Origin: Promethearchaeum syntrophicum | Lineage (GTDB): Archaea > Asgardarchaeota > Lokiarchaeia > Sigyniarchaeales > Promethearchaeaceae | DNA length: 32,000 nt | Direction: 5' to 3' | Assembly: GCF_008000775.2 (NCBI RefSeq) | Contig: NZ_CP042905.2 | Span: 3,390,001-3,422,000, forward strand | Shown: positions 17,627-26,787 of the stretch, piece after piece | Position numbering within the stretch: the stretch's first letter is position 1 | Layout of the letters: every line of letters begins with the position of its first letter | Notes under the pieces: model-generated | Told to the model about the DNA's origin: nothing | What the model saw: only the letters and a program-made list of their open reading frames with translations | The model's database searches: none | Position numbers and translations under genes: made by a program

Positions 17627-17822
17627 GCAATATTACCTCAAAAATGTTAAGTTCAATATAAATTAGGTTTGTACTCTTATATTATTTTTTACATTTTTGT
17701 TAATTTTTACTGAATATCACATAATTGAGGGAATATAAGCGTTTTTATATATTCCACTTTTAAAATATAAGTTGGTTACTCTTCATAAGCGATAAAATCC
17801 GATAAATTGAGAAAGAAAAACC

Positions 17823-17846
17823 AAAAAAAAAACGTAGAAAAAAAAA
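17823..17846 (-). terminator. Two oligo-T tracts (on the minus strand) directly after the guaB stop
   Basis: The plus strand shows A10 (17823-17832) and A9 (17838-17846) abutting the TAA at 17847-17849. Confidence 0.4.
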
Positions 17847-19343
17847 TTAACGGATTAGATCATGCACGTTTGATTCGTTAATACCCGCTGTTGAAACGCG
17901 ACCAATTTTTACTTTATACGCTTCCGAAATTCCTTTTGCTCCAGCATATATTAACCCATTCTTTAAACCTTCTTCAAGCGATAGAAGAACACCTTCTAAA
18001 GGGCCAAGAAACGGTGTATATCCACTCACACCTTCTGCTAATTTTTTGCTATCTTTGACATATCTATCAAACACATAAGATCCAATTGCTCGTGCTTCCT
18101 TACTCCCCATACCCCGATATATCTTTACTTTTCTTCCCTGTATATTATCAAGAATTCCCGGTGATTCGGTGCACCCAGCGAAGAAATGACCGCTCATAAT
18201 CATATCAGCGCCAACGGCAAAAGATTTGATCAGATCTCCAGGAAACTTAAACCCACCATCAGCGATTAAACTTATTTTTCCCGGTGCATAATCGTTAATT
18301 GCATCAGCAACTTGGGCTGTAGCGAAAAAAGTTGGAGCCCCAACACCAGTTTGAATCGAAGTAGTACAAATACTCCCACTCCCCATGCCTACTTTTATAC
18401 CGATAAATTTATCTTCGGGAAAACCCGTGTTGCATATTAAATCCTCAGCGGCTTCATAGGTTCCAATGTTGCCAACTACAAATTTTGAATCTATAATTTC
18501 CATCAATTTCTTAGTGCCTTCAATATCATCTTTTTTATGAAATTCAGCTACATCTGTCATTAAAATATCTGCCAAATTAGCCGCTTTTTTAAATGTTTCT
18601 AATTCTTCTAGATTTTTGGGCAGAAATGGAGAGCAGCCTAACCCACATAATAATCTACCTTTCGTATCTTTTGATGCGTATGGATAATTAGGTTTTAAAT
18701 CTTTTTTTGTTATCAAACCTGTTAAAACACCATCAGAATCAACTAATGGAATTTTTTCTTTCCTAATTTCATATAATTTCGCAAGACCTTCTTCTCTGGA
18801 TACATTTGCAGGTAAACATATTGGATCTTTAGTCATCACATCTCCGACTTTACCATCGTATTCACTTTCAAACGGAATATCTCTTTGAGTAATAATGCCT
18901 ATCACTTTATTTTTTGAATCAAGTACGGGAAATCCACTAATCCCCCGATTTTTCATCATTACTCTTACTTCTTTTATAGTCATTCCAGGTGAAACAGTTG
19001 CTACATCTTCAATAATAAAATTTCTAGCCCTTTTAACCTTTTTAACCATTTGCAATTGTTTAGAATAAGAACAATTTCTATGAAGTACCCCTAAACCACC
19101 AAAGAGCGCCATGTTTATTGCCATTTCTTCTTCAGTAACAGTATCCATTGACGCTGAAATAATTGGAGATTCAAAATGAAATGGACCTAAATTTGATGAT
19201 AGATCACATTCTGAAGGTTTAAACGAAGTATAACCTGGAAGAGTTAAGACGTCATTAAAAGTAAGAATCCATCCTCTATCTGCAAAGGATTTTTCTCGGA
19301 AATAATTTTTATCTCCTGGATTTTTTTTTTTTAGTATCTCCAT
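17847..19343 (-). CDS. guaB: IMP dehydrogenase with a CBS-pair insert
   Basis: Motifs: GVLHRN, catalytic loop GIKVGMGSGSICTT, IADGG, GRKVKIYRGMGS. The CBS pair spans roughly residues 100-215. Confidence 0.97.
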   Translation of the reverse strand: MEILKKKNPGDKNYFREKSFADRGWILTFNDVLTLPGYTSFKPSECDLSSNLGPFHFESPIISASMDTVTEEEMAINMALFGGLGVLHRNCSYSKQLQMVKKVKRARNFIIEDVATVSPGMTIKEVRVMMKNRGISGFPVLDSKNKVIGIITQRDIPFESEYDGKVGDVMTKDPICLPANVSREEGLAKLYEIRKEKIPLVDSDGVLTGLITKKDLKPNYPYASKDTKGRLLCGLGCSPFLPKNLEELETFKKAANLADILMTDVAEFHKKDDIEGTKKLMEIIDSKFVVGNIGTYEAAEDLICNTGFPEDKFIGIKVGMGSGSICTTSIQTGVGAPTFFATAQVADAINDYAPGKISLIADGGFKFPGDLIKSFAVGADMIMSGHFFAGCTESPGILDNIQGRKVKIYRGMGSKEARAIGSYVFDRYVKDSKKLAEGVSGYTPFLGPLEGVLLSLEEGLKNGLIYAGAKGISEAYKVKIGRVSTAGINESNVHDLIR

Positions 19344-19672
19344 AGAATAAAATAAATTTCTTATTTCTTATACTTTACCGATCATTCGATTTTAGTATAA
19401 TTAAAAAAAAATGCCATAAAAGAATCGAAAGATTGCAAAATTTAATCTAACTTTCTAAAATCAAAGTAATCATTAGTTTTTTAAAACAAGAATTTAAGCC
19501 TTTATACATTCCTTATTTTTTAACCACTGTTTTAATTTTTCAAACTGTAATATCTCAGAAAGGGAAAAGATTTAAGTTCAAAAATTCTATTTTTTAATAT
19601 CTTAAACACTTTGCAAGTGAATGAAATTTAAAAATAGAAAGAAAATTATATAATAATATAAAGTGAAACATT

Positions 19673-20206
19673 TTGACAGATAAATTCCTATTCAAACTAA
19701 TAATTGCTGGATCGGGCGGATCGGGGAAAACTACACTTTTACGACGATATACAACAGGTCTTTTTTCTGGTGGTACAAAAATGACAATAGGTGTCGATTT
19801 CAGTGTAACTAACTGCGAAACATCCAAAGGTAAAACTGTGCTTCAGATTTGGGATTTCGGCGGAGAAGAGCGATTCAGGATCATGTTACCTAATTTTTGC
19901 TTAGGAGCTTCGGGCTGTATCATGATGTTTGACCCATTACGACCATCTACATTTATCGAATTAGACGAATGGATTCAAATTGTTCGACAAAATACAAAAA
20001 ATATACCAATAATTCTACTCTCCTCAAAACAAGATTTGATTCAAGAAGGCCATCCATTTGCTGTAGCCAAAGATGATATTGAAAGTTTTATTTCCGAAGA
20101 AGCTTTGAATAATTATATGGCAGTTTCTTCAAAAACAGGAGTAAACGTTGTAGAATCTTTTGAACAAATTGCAGAATTAATGATTTCTAAAAGCACTAAC
20201 AAATAA
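19673..20206 (+). CDS. Ras-superfamily small GTPase, Rab-like
   Basis: G1 is GSGGSGKT. Switch I TIGVDF is Rab-like. G3 is WDFGGEERF, G4 is SKQD and G5 is SSK. The TTG start is forced: a TGA lies at 19664-19666 and the next Met is downstream of the P-loop. There is no C-terminal Cys. Confidence 0.9.
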   Translation: MTDKFLFKLIIAGSGGSGKTTLLRRYTTGLFSGGTKMTIGVDFSVTNCETSKGKTVLQIWDFGGEERFRIMLPNFCLGASGCIMMFDPLRPSTFIELDEWIQIVRQNTKNIPIILLSSKQDLIQEGHPFAVAKDDIESFISEEALNNYMAVSSKTGVNVVESFEQIAELMISKSTNK

Positions 20207-20237
20207 TATTATTTTAGGAAATTATACGATTAGCTTA

Positions 20238-20246
20238 TTTTTTTTT
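20238..20246 (+). terminator. T9 tract downstream of the GTPase gene
   Basis: The T run lies 32 nt after the stop at 20206. Confidence 0.35.
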
Positions 20247-20287
20247 AGAGATATTTTATTTTTATTTAATGATTAGATTTGTGAATA

Positions 20288-20905
20288 ATGAGAAAATCCT
20301 TGAACAAAGCACAAGAATTAGATATAGAGGCAAGAATTAAGGATCTCAAAGCAAATTCTAAAATAGATTTTTCCAAATCATTACCTACTAAAGAAGAAGC
20401 AATTGAAATTATGAAAAAATTGGGTCTACCCAAGAATATTATTAATCATGAACTAGCGGTGATGCGCAAAGCACGAGATTTGGCATATAATATCACAAAA
20501 GTAGAAGTCGATATTGAGTTAGTAAAAATTGGTGCACTAATGCATGACATTGGACGTTGTGTATTACATTCAATGGCACACGGACCTATAGGAGGAGATA
20601 TAATTCGCAAACTCGGATTTAAATCTTCAAAAAAATTAGCAAGGGTTGTTGAACGACATCTTCTAGCAGGAATTTCAGCAGATGAAGCAGAAAAATTTGA
20701 TCTTCCAGAGCGAAACTATATTCCTGAAACTATCGAAGAGAAATTAGTGTGTTTTTCAGACAAATTACATTCAGGCTCACGTAAGGTTACAATAGAAAAG
20801 CGATTCCAAAGGTGGATTGCAAAACATGGATTAAACCAATTTTTAAAAGAGCAAATTAATCGCGCAAAGATTTTAGAAGAAGAAATCTTGGGGCAAATTT
20901 ATTGA
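20288..20905 (+). CDS. HD/HDIG-domain metal-dependent phosphohydrolase
   Basis: Contains H...HD (GALMHDIGR) with downstream His/Asp residues (ERHLLAG, FSDKLHSG). 205 aa. Confidence 0.8.
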   Translation: MRKSLNKAQELDIEARIKDLKANSKIDFSKSLPTKEEAIEIMKKLGLPKNIINHELAVMRKARDLAYNITKVEVDIELVKIGALMHDIGRCVLHSMAHGPIGGDIIRKLGFKSSKKLARVVERHLLAGISADEAEKFDLPERNYIPETIEEKLVCFSDKLHSGSRKVTIEKRFQRWIAKHGLNQFLKEQINRAKILEEEILGQIY

Positions 20906-21423
20906 TGGATGAATATTGGAAAAAAAAATCATGGAAACTTAAAGCACAGGAAGATTTACCATATTTAGCAACCCCAACAATTGTAATTGAATCGATTTTT
21001 AAATTTTTGAAAGAAGAAAACCTAATTAAAAAAAATCAAAGATTAGTTGATTTAGGTGCGGGTGATGGAAGAGTAATTGTTTTTGCATCGGAATTTTATA
21101 GTTTAATATCATTGGGGTTAGAAATAAACATTAATTTAATAAAAACTGCAGAAAGTGAAATTATACGAAAAAATCTATCAGATCTTTGCCAGGTAAAAGA
21201 AATGGATCTTTTTAATTTTGATATTTCGGAAATGGATATTGTTTTTTGCTTCTTCTTACCTTCAAATTATGAATATTGCTCTCACGTTATTGAAACGGTA
21301 AAATCGGGAGGAATAGTTATCAATATTAAATGGAATCTTAAAAAATTTAAAAAATATTGGAAAAAATCGTTTAAAATTACAGCGGACGAGCATTTTCCCG
21401 CTTATATTTACATTAAAAAGTAG
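20905..21423 (+). CDS. Small class I SAM-dependent methyltransferase
   Basis: Motif I is LVDLGAGDGRVIVFAS, followed by an acidic residue after beta-2 (LEIN). ATG 20905 overlaps the upstream TGA (tgATG), which suggests translational coupling. The track's TTG at 20902 is less likely. Confidence 0.7.
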   Translation: MDEYWKKKSWKLKAQEDLPYLATPTIVIESIFKFLKEENLIKKNQRLVDLGAGDGRVIVFASEFYSLISLGLEININLIKTAESEIIRKNLSDLCQVKEMDLFNFDISEMDIVFCFFLPSNYEYCSHVIETVKSGGIVINIKWNLKKFKKYWKKSFKITADEHFPAYIYIKK

Positions 21424-21483
21424 GAATTACCCATTTAAACTGCTATTATAACTATTATAAAATATAATCAATACAAAAAAAAA

Positions 21484-22335
21484 TTGAGAATATCTAATCT
21501 TACTCGATTTAAATTGAAAAAATTTAATTTATCTTCTGATCAAATTAGTAGATATTCCCGCCAAATAATCCTTAAGGAAATTGGCGCTAAAGGGATGAGA
21601 AAACTTTTAAATGCAAGAGTATTAGTCATCGGTGCAGGAGGATTAGGATGTCCTGCAGTTCAAATTCTAAGTGCAAGTGGCGTTGGTAATATTAGAATTG
21701 TTGATGGGGATAAAGTAGAAATTTCAAATTTATCTCGGCAAATCATGCATTATACCAGTGATATCGGCAAATTGAAGGTAGAAAGCCTTGAAAGCAAAAT
21801 TAATCTAATGAACCCTGATGTTTCCGTTGAAATAATCAATGAATTTGCAAATAAATCAAACATAAAAAGATTACTTGAAGATTGTGATTTTGTCATTGAA
21901 GCTAGTGATAATTTTGGAACGAAATTTTTGATTAATGATGCTTGCACACACTTTAAAATACCGTATAGTATTGCAGGTGTTGTTCAATTTTTTGGTCAAA
22001 TTCTTTCTGTAATTCCAGGAGAAACTACTTGTTATCGATGTATATTTTCAAAGTATACGGGTGAAGATTCTAATAATACGTGTTCAGCATTAGGCGTAAT
22101 TGGAACTGTTCCCGTTATTGCTGGAACTTTACAAGCAAATGAAGCGATAAAATCAATTTTAGGCTTACCATTAAAATTTACAAATGGATTTTTTTTTTTT
22201 AACTTGATGGAAAATACATTTGAATTTGTTAATATTAAAAAAAATCCAAGTTGTCCAGTGTGCTCAAATCCAGATGAACCCTTTTACTTAAAAAATCAAT
22301 ACACAGATGAATTTGATGAATGTAAGATAAAATAA
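21484..22335 (+). CDS. ThiF/MoeB/UbaA-type E1-like adenylyltransferase
   Basis: Motifs: RYSRQIILKEIG, the nucleotide loop VLVIGAGGLGCP, DGDKVEISNLSRQ, and zinc motifs CYRC and CPVC. No rhodanese domain is present. Only TTG starts (21484 or 21514) precede the conserved N-terminus. Confidence 0.9.
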   Translation: MRISNLTRFKLKKFNLSSDQISRYSRQIILKEIGAKGMRKLLNARVLVIGAGGLGCPAVQILSASGVGNIRIVDGDKVEISNLSRQIMHYTSDIGKLKVESLESKINLMNPDVSVEIINEFANKSNIKRLLEDCDFVIEASDNFGTKFLINDACTHFKIPYSIAGVVQFFGQILSVIPGETTCYRCIFSKYTGEDSNNTCSALGVIGTVPVIAGTLQANEAIKSILGLPLKFTNGFFFFNLMENTFEFVNIKKNPSCPVCSNPDEPFYLKNQYTDEFDECKIK

Positions 22336-22357
22336 AATAATGCAGGTTAAAAATTGA

Positions 22358-22639
22358 TTAAGTTTTTTTTATCCAAATTGTTTTTTCATTGTTTAATTCA
22401 AACTCCGATAATACTTCGCCCAATTCTTGTTTCATTATAGATTGAGGAACATTAGTGAAAGCGGAACGAAAATCTAATATTACTTTTAATATCGAATTTG
22501 ATTCCATTTCTTCTAAAGCTACTTTGGCATATACAAAGGTCATTGGACATTGATAACCTCGAAGATCTAATACACGATCTTCCTTAATTTCATTAGAATT
22601 GGAACATTTAGATTCAAAATTTTCAAAATTAGTCATCAT
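22358..22639 (-). CDS. TusA/SirA-like sulfur-carrier protein
   Basis: LDLRGYQCPMTFVYAKVALEEM matches the TusA D-x-R-G-x-x-CP active-site block. About 93 aa. The first ATG is at 22639; the track's TTG is at 22642. Confidence 0.75.
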   Translation of the reverse strand: MMTNFENFESKCSNSNEIKEDRVLDLRGYQCPMTFVYAKVALEEMESNSILKVILDFRSAFTNVPQSIMKQELGEVLSEFELNNEKTIWIKKT

Positions 22640-22719
22640 CAATCCGAAATAAAAACTTTTTCAACAAAAAAGCTCCGATTAAAATTGAAAGGCAAGAGGT
22701 TTTTAAATTGAAAAAGAAG

Positions 22720-23259
22720 TTACTTTAAATGCTTTAACTGTTCTTTTACATAAAAAAACGCACCATTTTTATCCAAATATTTCTGCAAAAAAGGAGTAAA
22801 TGGATGGAAAGTAAATTTTCTGTTAGAAATATGGTTATAGATAACATTATTTTTGAGATCGATAGATATTAAATCACCTTGATTTCCCAAATCGGAGGGT
22901 ATAGAATAAGAAGATCCATTTTCTTTTTTAATTACAATTGGAAGAAGTCCTAAATTTATACAATTCCTAAAGAAGATCCGTGCAAATGAAAACGCAATTA
23001 TCCCTCCAACCCCCAATTGTTTTAAAACATAAACTGCTTCTTCTCTACTCGAACCACACCCGAAATTTTTACCGGCAATTATGAAATCTCCTTTCTTTAC
23101 CAATTTATGAAAATCAGGAATTACTAACTCTAATGTAGCTTCTAGCATTTTTTCAGAATTTTGCTCGGTGAGAACTCTACTGGGCACAATTAAATCGGTA
23201 TCGATTGAATCGCCAACAATCCATATCCTACCTTCTAGCTTTTTTATTTCTTCTTTCAT
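22720..23259 (-). CDS. leuD: Aconitase-family dehydratase small subunit (3-isopropylmalate dehydratase LeuD-type; homoaconitase is not excluded)
   Basis: Motifs: GDSIDTDLIVP, GKNFGCGSSREEAV, FARIFFRNCINLGLLPI. The start lies 8 nt downstream of the large-subunit gene. Confidence 0.85.
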   Translation of the reverse strand: MKEEIKKLEGRIWIVGDSIDTDLIVPSRVLTEQNSEKMLEATLELVIPDFHKLVKKGDFIIAGKNFGCGSSREEAVYVLKQLGVGGIIAFSFARIFFRNCINLGLLPIVIKKENGSSYSIPSDLGNQGDLISIDLKNNVIYNHISNRKFTFHPFTPFLQKYLDKNGAFFYVKEQLKHLK

Positions 23260-23267
23260 TTATTAAA

Positions 23268-24548
23268 CTACTTCCAAATGTCTTTTTCAGGAATTGTGAT
23301 ATAACCTTTCAATGCAGATGCTGCAACCACAGCAGGAGATGCTAAATAGGATTTAGAAGTCGGATCTCCCATGCGTCCCTTAAAATTACGATTCGAAGAA
23401 CTAACACAAATTTCATTAGGCCCCAAGACTCCAAGATGGCCTCCAATACAAGGGCCACAAGAGGGATATTCAACAACACCACCTGCTTGAATCAAAATTT
23501 CGATTAATCCCTCATTTAATGCTTGAAGATAAATCTCCCGAGATGCAGGAATTATGATAAATTTCACGCTTGAAGGTATTTTTTTACCCTGTATTATCTT
23601 TGCAGCAACACGTAAATCTTCCATTCTTCCATTAGTGCATGATCCCAGAAAGGCTTCATCAATTTCAATGGTTCCTAATTCTTCTACTGGTATTACATTA
23701 TCCGGACTAAACGGTTTTGCAACTAATGGAGGGATTTCATTTAAATCGTAATTTGATATTTTTTTATATTGGGCATCTTTGGTTGGAAAAATTGGTTTAT
23801 TGAATTTTTTATTGAAGTCATTTTCAACTGAGGGATGGCTTTTTAGCCAATTTTCTAATAGTTTATCGCTCTCGAAAACCCCGCATTTAGCCCCCATTTC
23901 AACACTCATATTTGCGATTGTCATACGGGCAGATATCGAAAGGTTTTCCAATCCAAGACCACCAAATTCGAAGGCTTCATAAATCGCGCCATCAGTGTGA
24001 AAATCTTTCAATAACTGGAGCACAACATCTTTCCCCATTACTTTTGACCCTAACTTTCCTTTAAACTCAATTCTTTGGACTTCAGGAATTTTGAACCATA
24101 ATTTTCCCAGAGAAAAGATAATTGAAACGTCTGTAGCACCAATTCCCGTTCCAATACAATTAAATGCACCGTAGGTAGTAGTATGGGAATCAGATCCAAC
24201 AATTAACATACCTGGCCGTGAGAATCCTTTTTCAGGTAGGACTTGATGACAAATCCCTTGATTTTGTCCCATATTCCATTTAATATTATAATCTTTAGCA
24301 AATTTATTGGCGATTTGATGCATTTTTGCAGCTTTAATATCGGGAGGAGGGACCCAATGATCTAGAATATAGAATACTTTTGAAGGATCCCAAATGCGAT
24401 CTAATCCCAATTTGCGAAATTCTGGAGAAATTCGCCCTCCTAGTTGTTCATGAACCATAACTAGATCAATATCGCATTCAACAAATTCTCCCGGTTCAAG
24501 AGATTTTTTATTACAATGCTTGGCAAAAATTTGATTACTTATCGACAC
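23268..24548 (-). CDS. leuC: Aconitase-family dehydratase large subunit (3-isopropylmalate dehydratase LeuC-type)
   Basis: Motifs: GSDSHTTTYGAFN and the Fe-S cluster ligand blocks GSCTNGR and PSCGPCIG, plus SSSNRNFKGRMG. GTG start at 24548. Confidence 0.9.
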   Translation of the reverse strand: MSISNQIFAKHCNKKSLEPGEFVECDIDLVMVHEQLGGRISPEFRKLGLDRIWDPSKVFYILDHWVPPPDIKAAKMHQIANKFAKDYNIKWNMGQNQGICHQVLPEKGFSRPGMLIVGSDSHTTTYGAFNCIGTGIGATDVSIIFSLGKLWFKIPEVQRIEFKGKLGSKVMGKDVVLQLLKDFHTDGAIYEAFEFGGLGLENLSISARMTIANMSVEMGAKCGVFESDKLLENWLKSHPSVENDFNKKFNKPIFPTKDAQYKKISNYDLNEIPPLVAKPFSPDNVIPVEELGTIEIDEAFLGSCTNGRMEDLRVAAKIIQGKKIPSSVKFIIIPASREIYLQALNEGLIEILIQAGGVVEYPSCGPCIGGHLGVLGPNEICVSSSNRNFKGRMGDPTSKSYLASPAVVAASALKGYITIPEKDIWK

Positions 24549-24639
24549 TAATAAAAATTAATTTAAATCAATTATTAATTGATCCTATAGTTGATTTATT
24601 TTTAATAAAACAATTTATAAATTAAGGAATGAATAAAAA

Positions 24640-25287
24640 ATGCCAAATTTCGTACTTTTCGGAGCACCAGGTGCTGGTAAGGGAACTTTAGCTGGAAAAA
24701 TTAAAAGTTTTAGTCCAGTTGTCCATATCTCTACAGGAGATTTATTTAGAGCAAATATAAAAGGAGATACCCCAATCGGTAAAGAAGCTAAAAGTTTCAT
24801 TGATTCAGGAAGATTAGTCCCAGATAGCGTTGTTATCGACATGGTAAAAGATAGAATTGCACAAGATGACGTAAAACAAAATGGTTTTATGTTGGATGGA
24901 TTTCCAAGAACATTAGATCAATCTAAGGCTTTATCCAATATCGCAAGTTTAGATGTTGTTGTTGTTATTGATATTCCAAAGGAAGATCTTAAAAACCGTA
25001 TTCTTGGTCGTTATTCTTGCCCAAAATGTGGTAAAATATATAATATTTACAATGATGAATTGAAACCCAAAATAGAAGGCAAATGCGATACTTGTACAAA
25101 CACAGAATTGACTCACCGTAGTGATGATAATGAAGAAACATTTGAAAAGCGTTGGAACACTTATTTAAGCCAATCTGAAGAGGTAATTAATTATTATTCA
25201 GAAACCGCTGGTTTAGTACAGAAAATTGATGGTAGAAAGACAATGTCTTATACTGAAGAAGAATTAAAACAAATTTTACGAATTTGA
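24640..25287 (+). CDS. adk: Adenylate kinase, long form with a zinc-binding lid
   Basis: Motifs: P-loop GAPGAGKGT, STGDLFR, GFPRT, and the lid Cys motifs CPKCG...CDTC. Confidence 0.95.
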   Translation: MPNFVLFGAPGAGKGTLAGKIKSFSPVVHISTGDLFRANIKGDTPIGKEAKSFIDSGRLVPDSVVIDMVKDRIAQDDVKQNGFMLDGFPRTLDQSKALSNIASLDVVVVIDIPKEDLKNRILGRYSCPKCGKIYNIYNDELKPKIEGKCDTCTNTELTHRSDDNEETFEKRWNTYLSQSEEVINYYSETAGLVQKIDGRKTMSYTEEELKQILRI

Positions 25288-25299
25288 AAATTGCAAGAA

Positions 25300-25308
25300 T
25301 TTTTTTTT
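25300..25308 (+). terminator. T9 tract after adk
   Basis: The T run lies 13 nt after the stop at 25287. Confidence 0.35.
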
Positions 25309-25331
25309 ACGCTATTCTTTAATTAATTAAG

Positions 25332-25682
25332 ATGATATCAAGGAAATTAATGAATTTTTATCTTTCTTTTTTTGGATTAAATAGCATTATATCTTTAATT
25401 GCTTCAATCTATGGATTTTCACTAGGTTTATTCTACATCATTGATTTAATTTTAACTCTATTATTAATTGGATTATATTTTTATGTCTTTTTCAGAAAAG
25501 CGGAATATTTAGGTTTTTTTACGCTATTCTTCATGTTTTATGGATTCGTTAACGCATTACTGTTTGTAGACTTTGGTTGGTCATTTTGGATAATTGTACC
25601 AATATGCATTATTGATTTTATTGGAATTGTTATCTATTCTTTTGCAAAAATGAGAAGAACAAAGCAAAGTTTCAGAAGATAA
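25332..25682 (+). CDS. Small integral membrane protein (hypothetical)
   Basis: 116 aa with four hydrophobic segments and a basic C-terminus (KMRRTKQSFRR). Confidence 0.55.
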   Translation: MISRKLMNFYLSFFGLNSIISLIASIYGFSLGLFYIIDLILTLLLIGLYFYVFFRKAEYLGFFTLFFMFYGFVNALLFVDFGWSFWIIVPICIIDFIGIVIYSFAKMRRTKQSFRR

Positions 25683-25709
25683 GTACCATAATTAATAAAT
25701 AAAAAAAAA

Positions 25710-26777
25710 TTACTGCACCATTTCAATCCAATTAAATATATCCTCTTTTTCCCCATATTGGATTCCGATCAATTCATCATAAATTTGCTTTGCAATGAGC
25801 CCAACCTTGAATTCATTTATGATATGTTCTTGGTCTCGATACGAAATTGAACCCACAGGAGCAATTATTGCGGCAGTCCCCATACCGAAGGCTTCAGTTA
25901 ATGATTTATTTTCAATCCTTTCAATTACTTCCTCAATAGAAATTCTTCGCTCACTAGCTTTAATGCCTAATTTCTTACATATTTCTAAGACAGATTTCCG
26001 AGTAATCCCATGTAAAATAGTTCCATCAAGCTCTGGAGTTACAACCTCATTGTCAATAACAAAAGCAATATTCATTGCACCTACTTCTTCAACATACTTC
26101 ATTTCAATTGAATCTAACCATAAAGTTTGGGAAAAACCTTTCTTTTTTGCTTCAACAGCAGATTTAAGAGATGCAGCATAATTTCCCGCAGTTTTTGCTT
26201 CTCCAGTTCCACCCATAGCAGCTCTGACGTATTTATCTTCAACCATTATTTTAATTGGATTAAAACCTTCTTTAAAGTACGGTCCAGAGGGGCTTAAAAT
26301 TATAAATAGAAGGTATTTATCTGCTTTATGAAGCCCTAAGAATGTTTCATGTGCCACCATACAAGGTCTAATATAGAGAGATGTACCCTTTAATTTAGGG
26401 ACCCATTCTTTTTCAATTTTTAAAAACTCCTTTAAGGCACCCACCATATATTCTACATCAACTGATGGCATGCACATTCTCTCTGCGGAACGGTTTAAAC
26501 GTTGAAAATTCTCTTTTGGACGAAACAACCTAAGTCCATCTTTTGCTCGATAACATTTCATACCCTCCCAAACAATTTGACCATAATGAAGACATGCAGC
26601 TGCAGGTTCTAAACCTAATTGCCCATAAGGTTTAATTTCTGCTGGATCCCAACCACCTTTATCTTTATCATATTCCATAATTAGCATGTGATTGGAAAAA
26701 ACATTCCCAAATCCTAATTTTGAATCATCTTCTGGCGGGTGTCTTGGATTTTGGTTTTCAGTTAATTTTATCTCCAT
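25710..26777 (-). CDS. ilvE: Branched-chain amino acid aminotransferase (class IV PLP), downstream paralog
   Basis: Motifs: HYGQIVWEGMKCY, LYIRP, GTGEAKTAGNYAASL (Lys in the PLP block), GITR, GMGTAA. AGGGG lies before the ATG. Confidence 0.93.
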   Translation of the reverse strand: MEIKLTENQNPRHPPEDDSKLGFGNVFSNHMLIMEYDKDKGGWDPAEIKPYGQLGLEPAAACLHYGQIVWEGMKCYRAKDGLRLFRPKENFQRLNRSAERMCMPSVDVEYMVGALKEFLKIEKEWVPKLKGTSLYIRPCMVAHETFLGLHKADKYLLFIILSPSGPYFKEGFNPIKIMVEDKYVRAAMGGTGEAKTAGNYAASLKSAVEAKKKGFSQTLWLDSIEMKYVEEVGAMNIAFVIDNEVVTPELDGTILHGITRKSVLEICKKLGIKASERRISIEEVIERIENKSLTEAFGMGTAAIIAPVGSISYRDQEHIINEFKVGLIAKQIYDELIGIQYGEKEDIFNWIEMVQ

Positions 26778-26787
26778 AATAAAACCC

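Noticed and set aside
19344-19672. TATA-like boxes (for example ttatataa at 19646-19653, about 23 nt upstream of the GTPase TTG) and possible riboswitch-like structure in the 329-nt guaB/GTPase spacer
   Set aside because: TATA-like strings are ubiquitous in intergenic DNA that is roughly 20% G+C, so they cannot be called individually. I found no stable G+C-containing stems suggesting a structured leader.
22189-22200. A T12 homopolymer inside the ThiF/MoeB-like gene (encoding FFFF), considered as an internal terminator or slippage site
   Set aside because: The reading frame is intact through the conserved C-terminal CPVC motif, and long A/T runs are common in this genome. It is worth a glance only for assembly accuracy.
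24568-24582. The palindrome tcaatta-t-taattga in the divergent leuC/adk spacer, considered as an operator
   Set aside because: A/T-only palindromes of this size are expected by chance at this base composition, and I found no second copy in the window.
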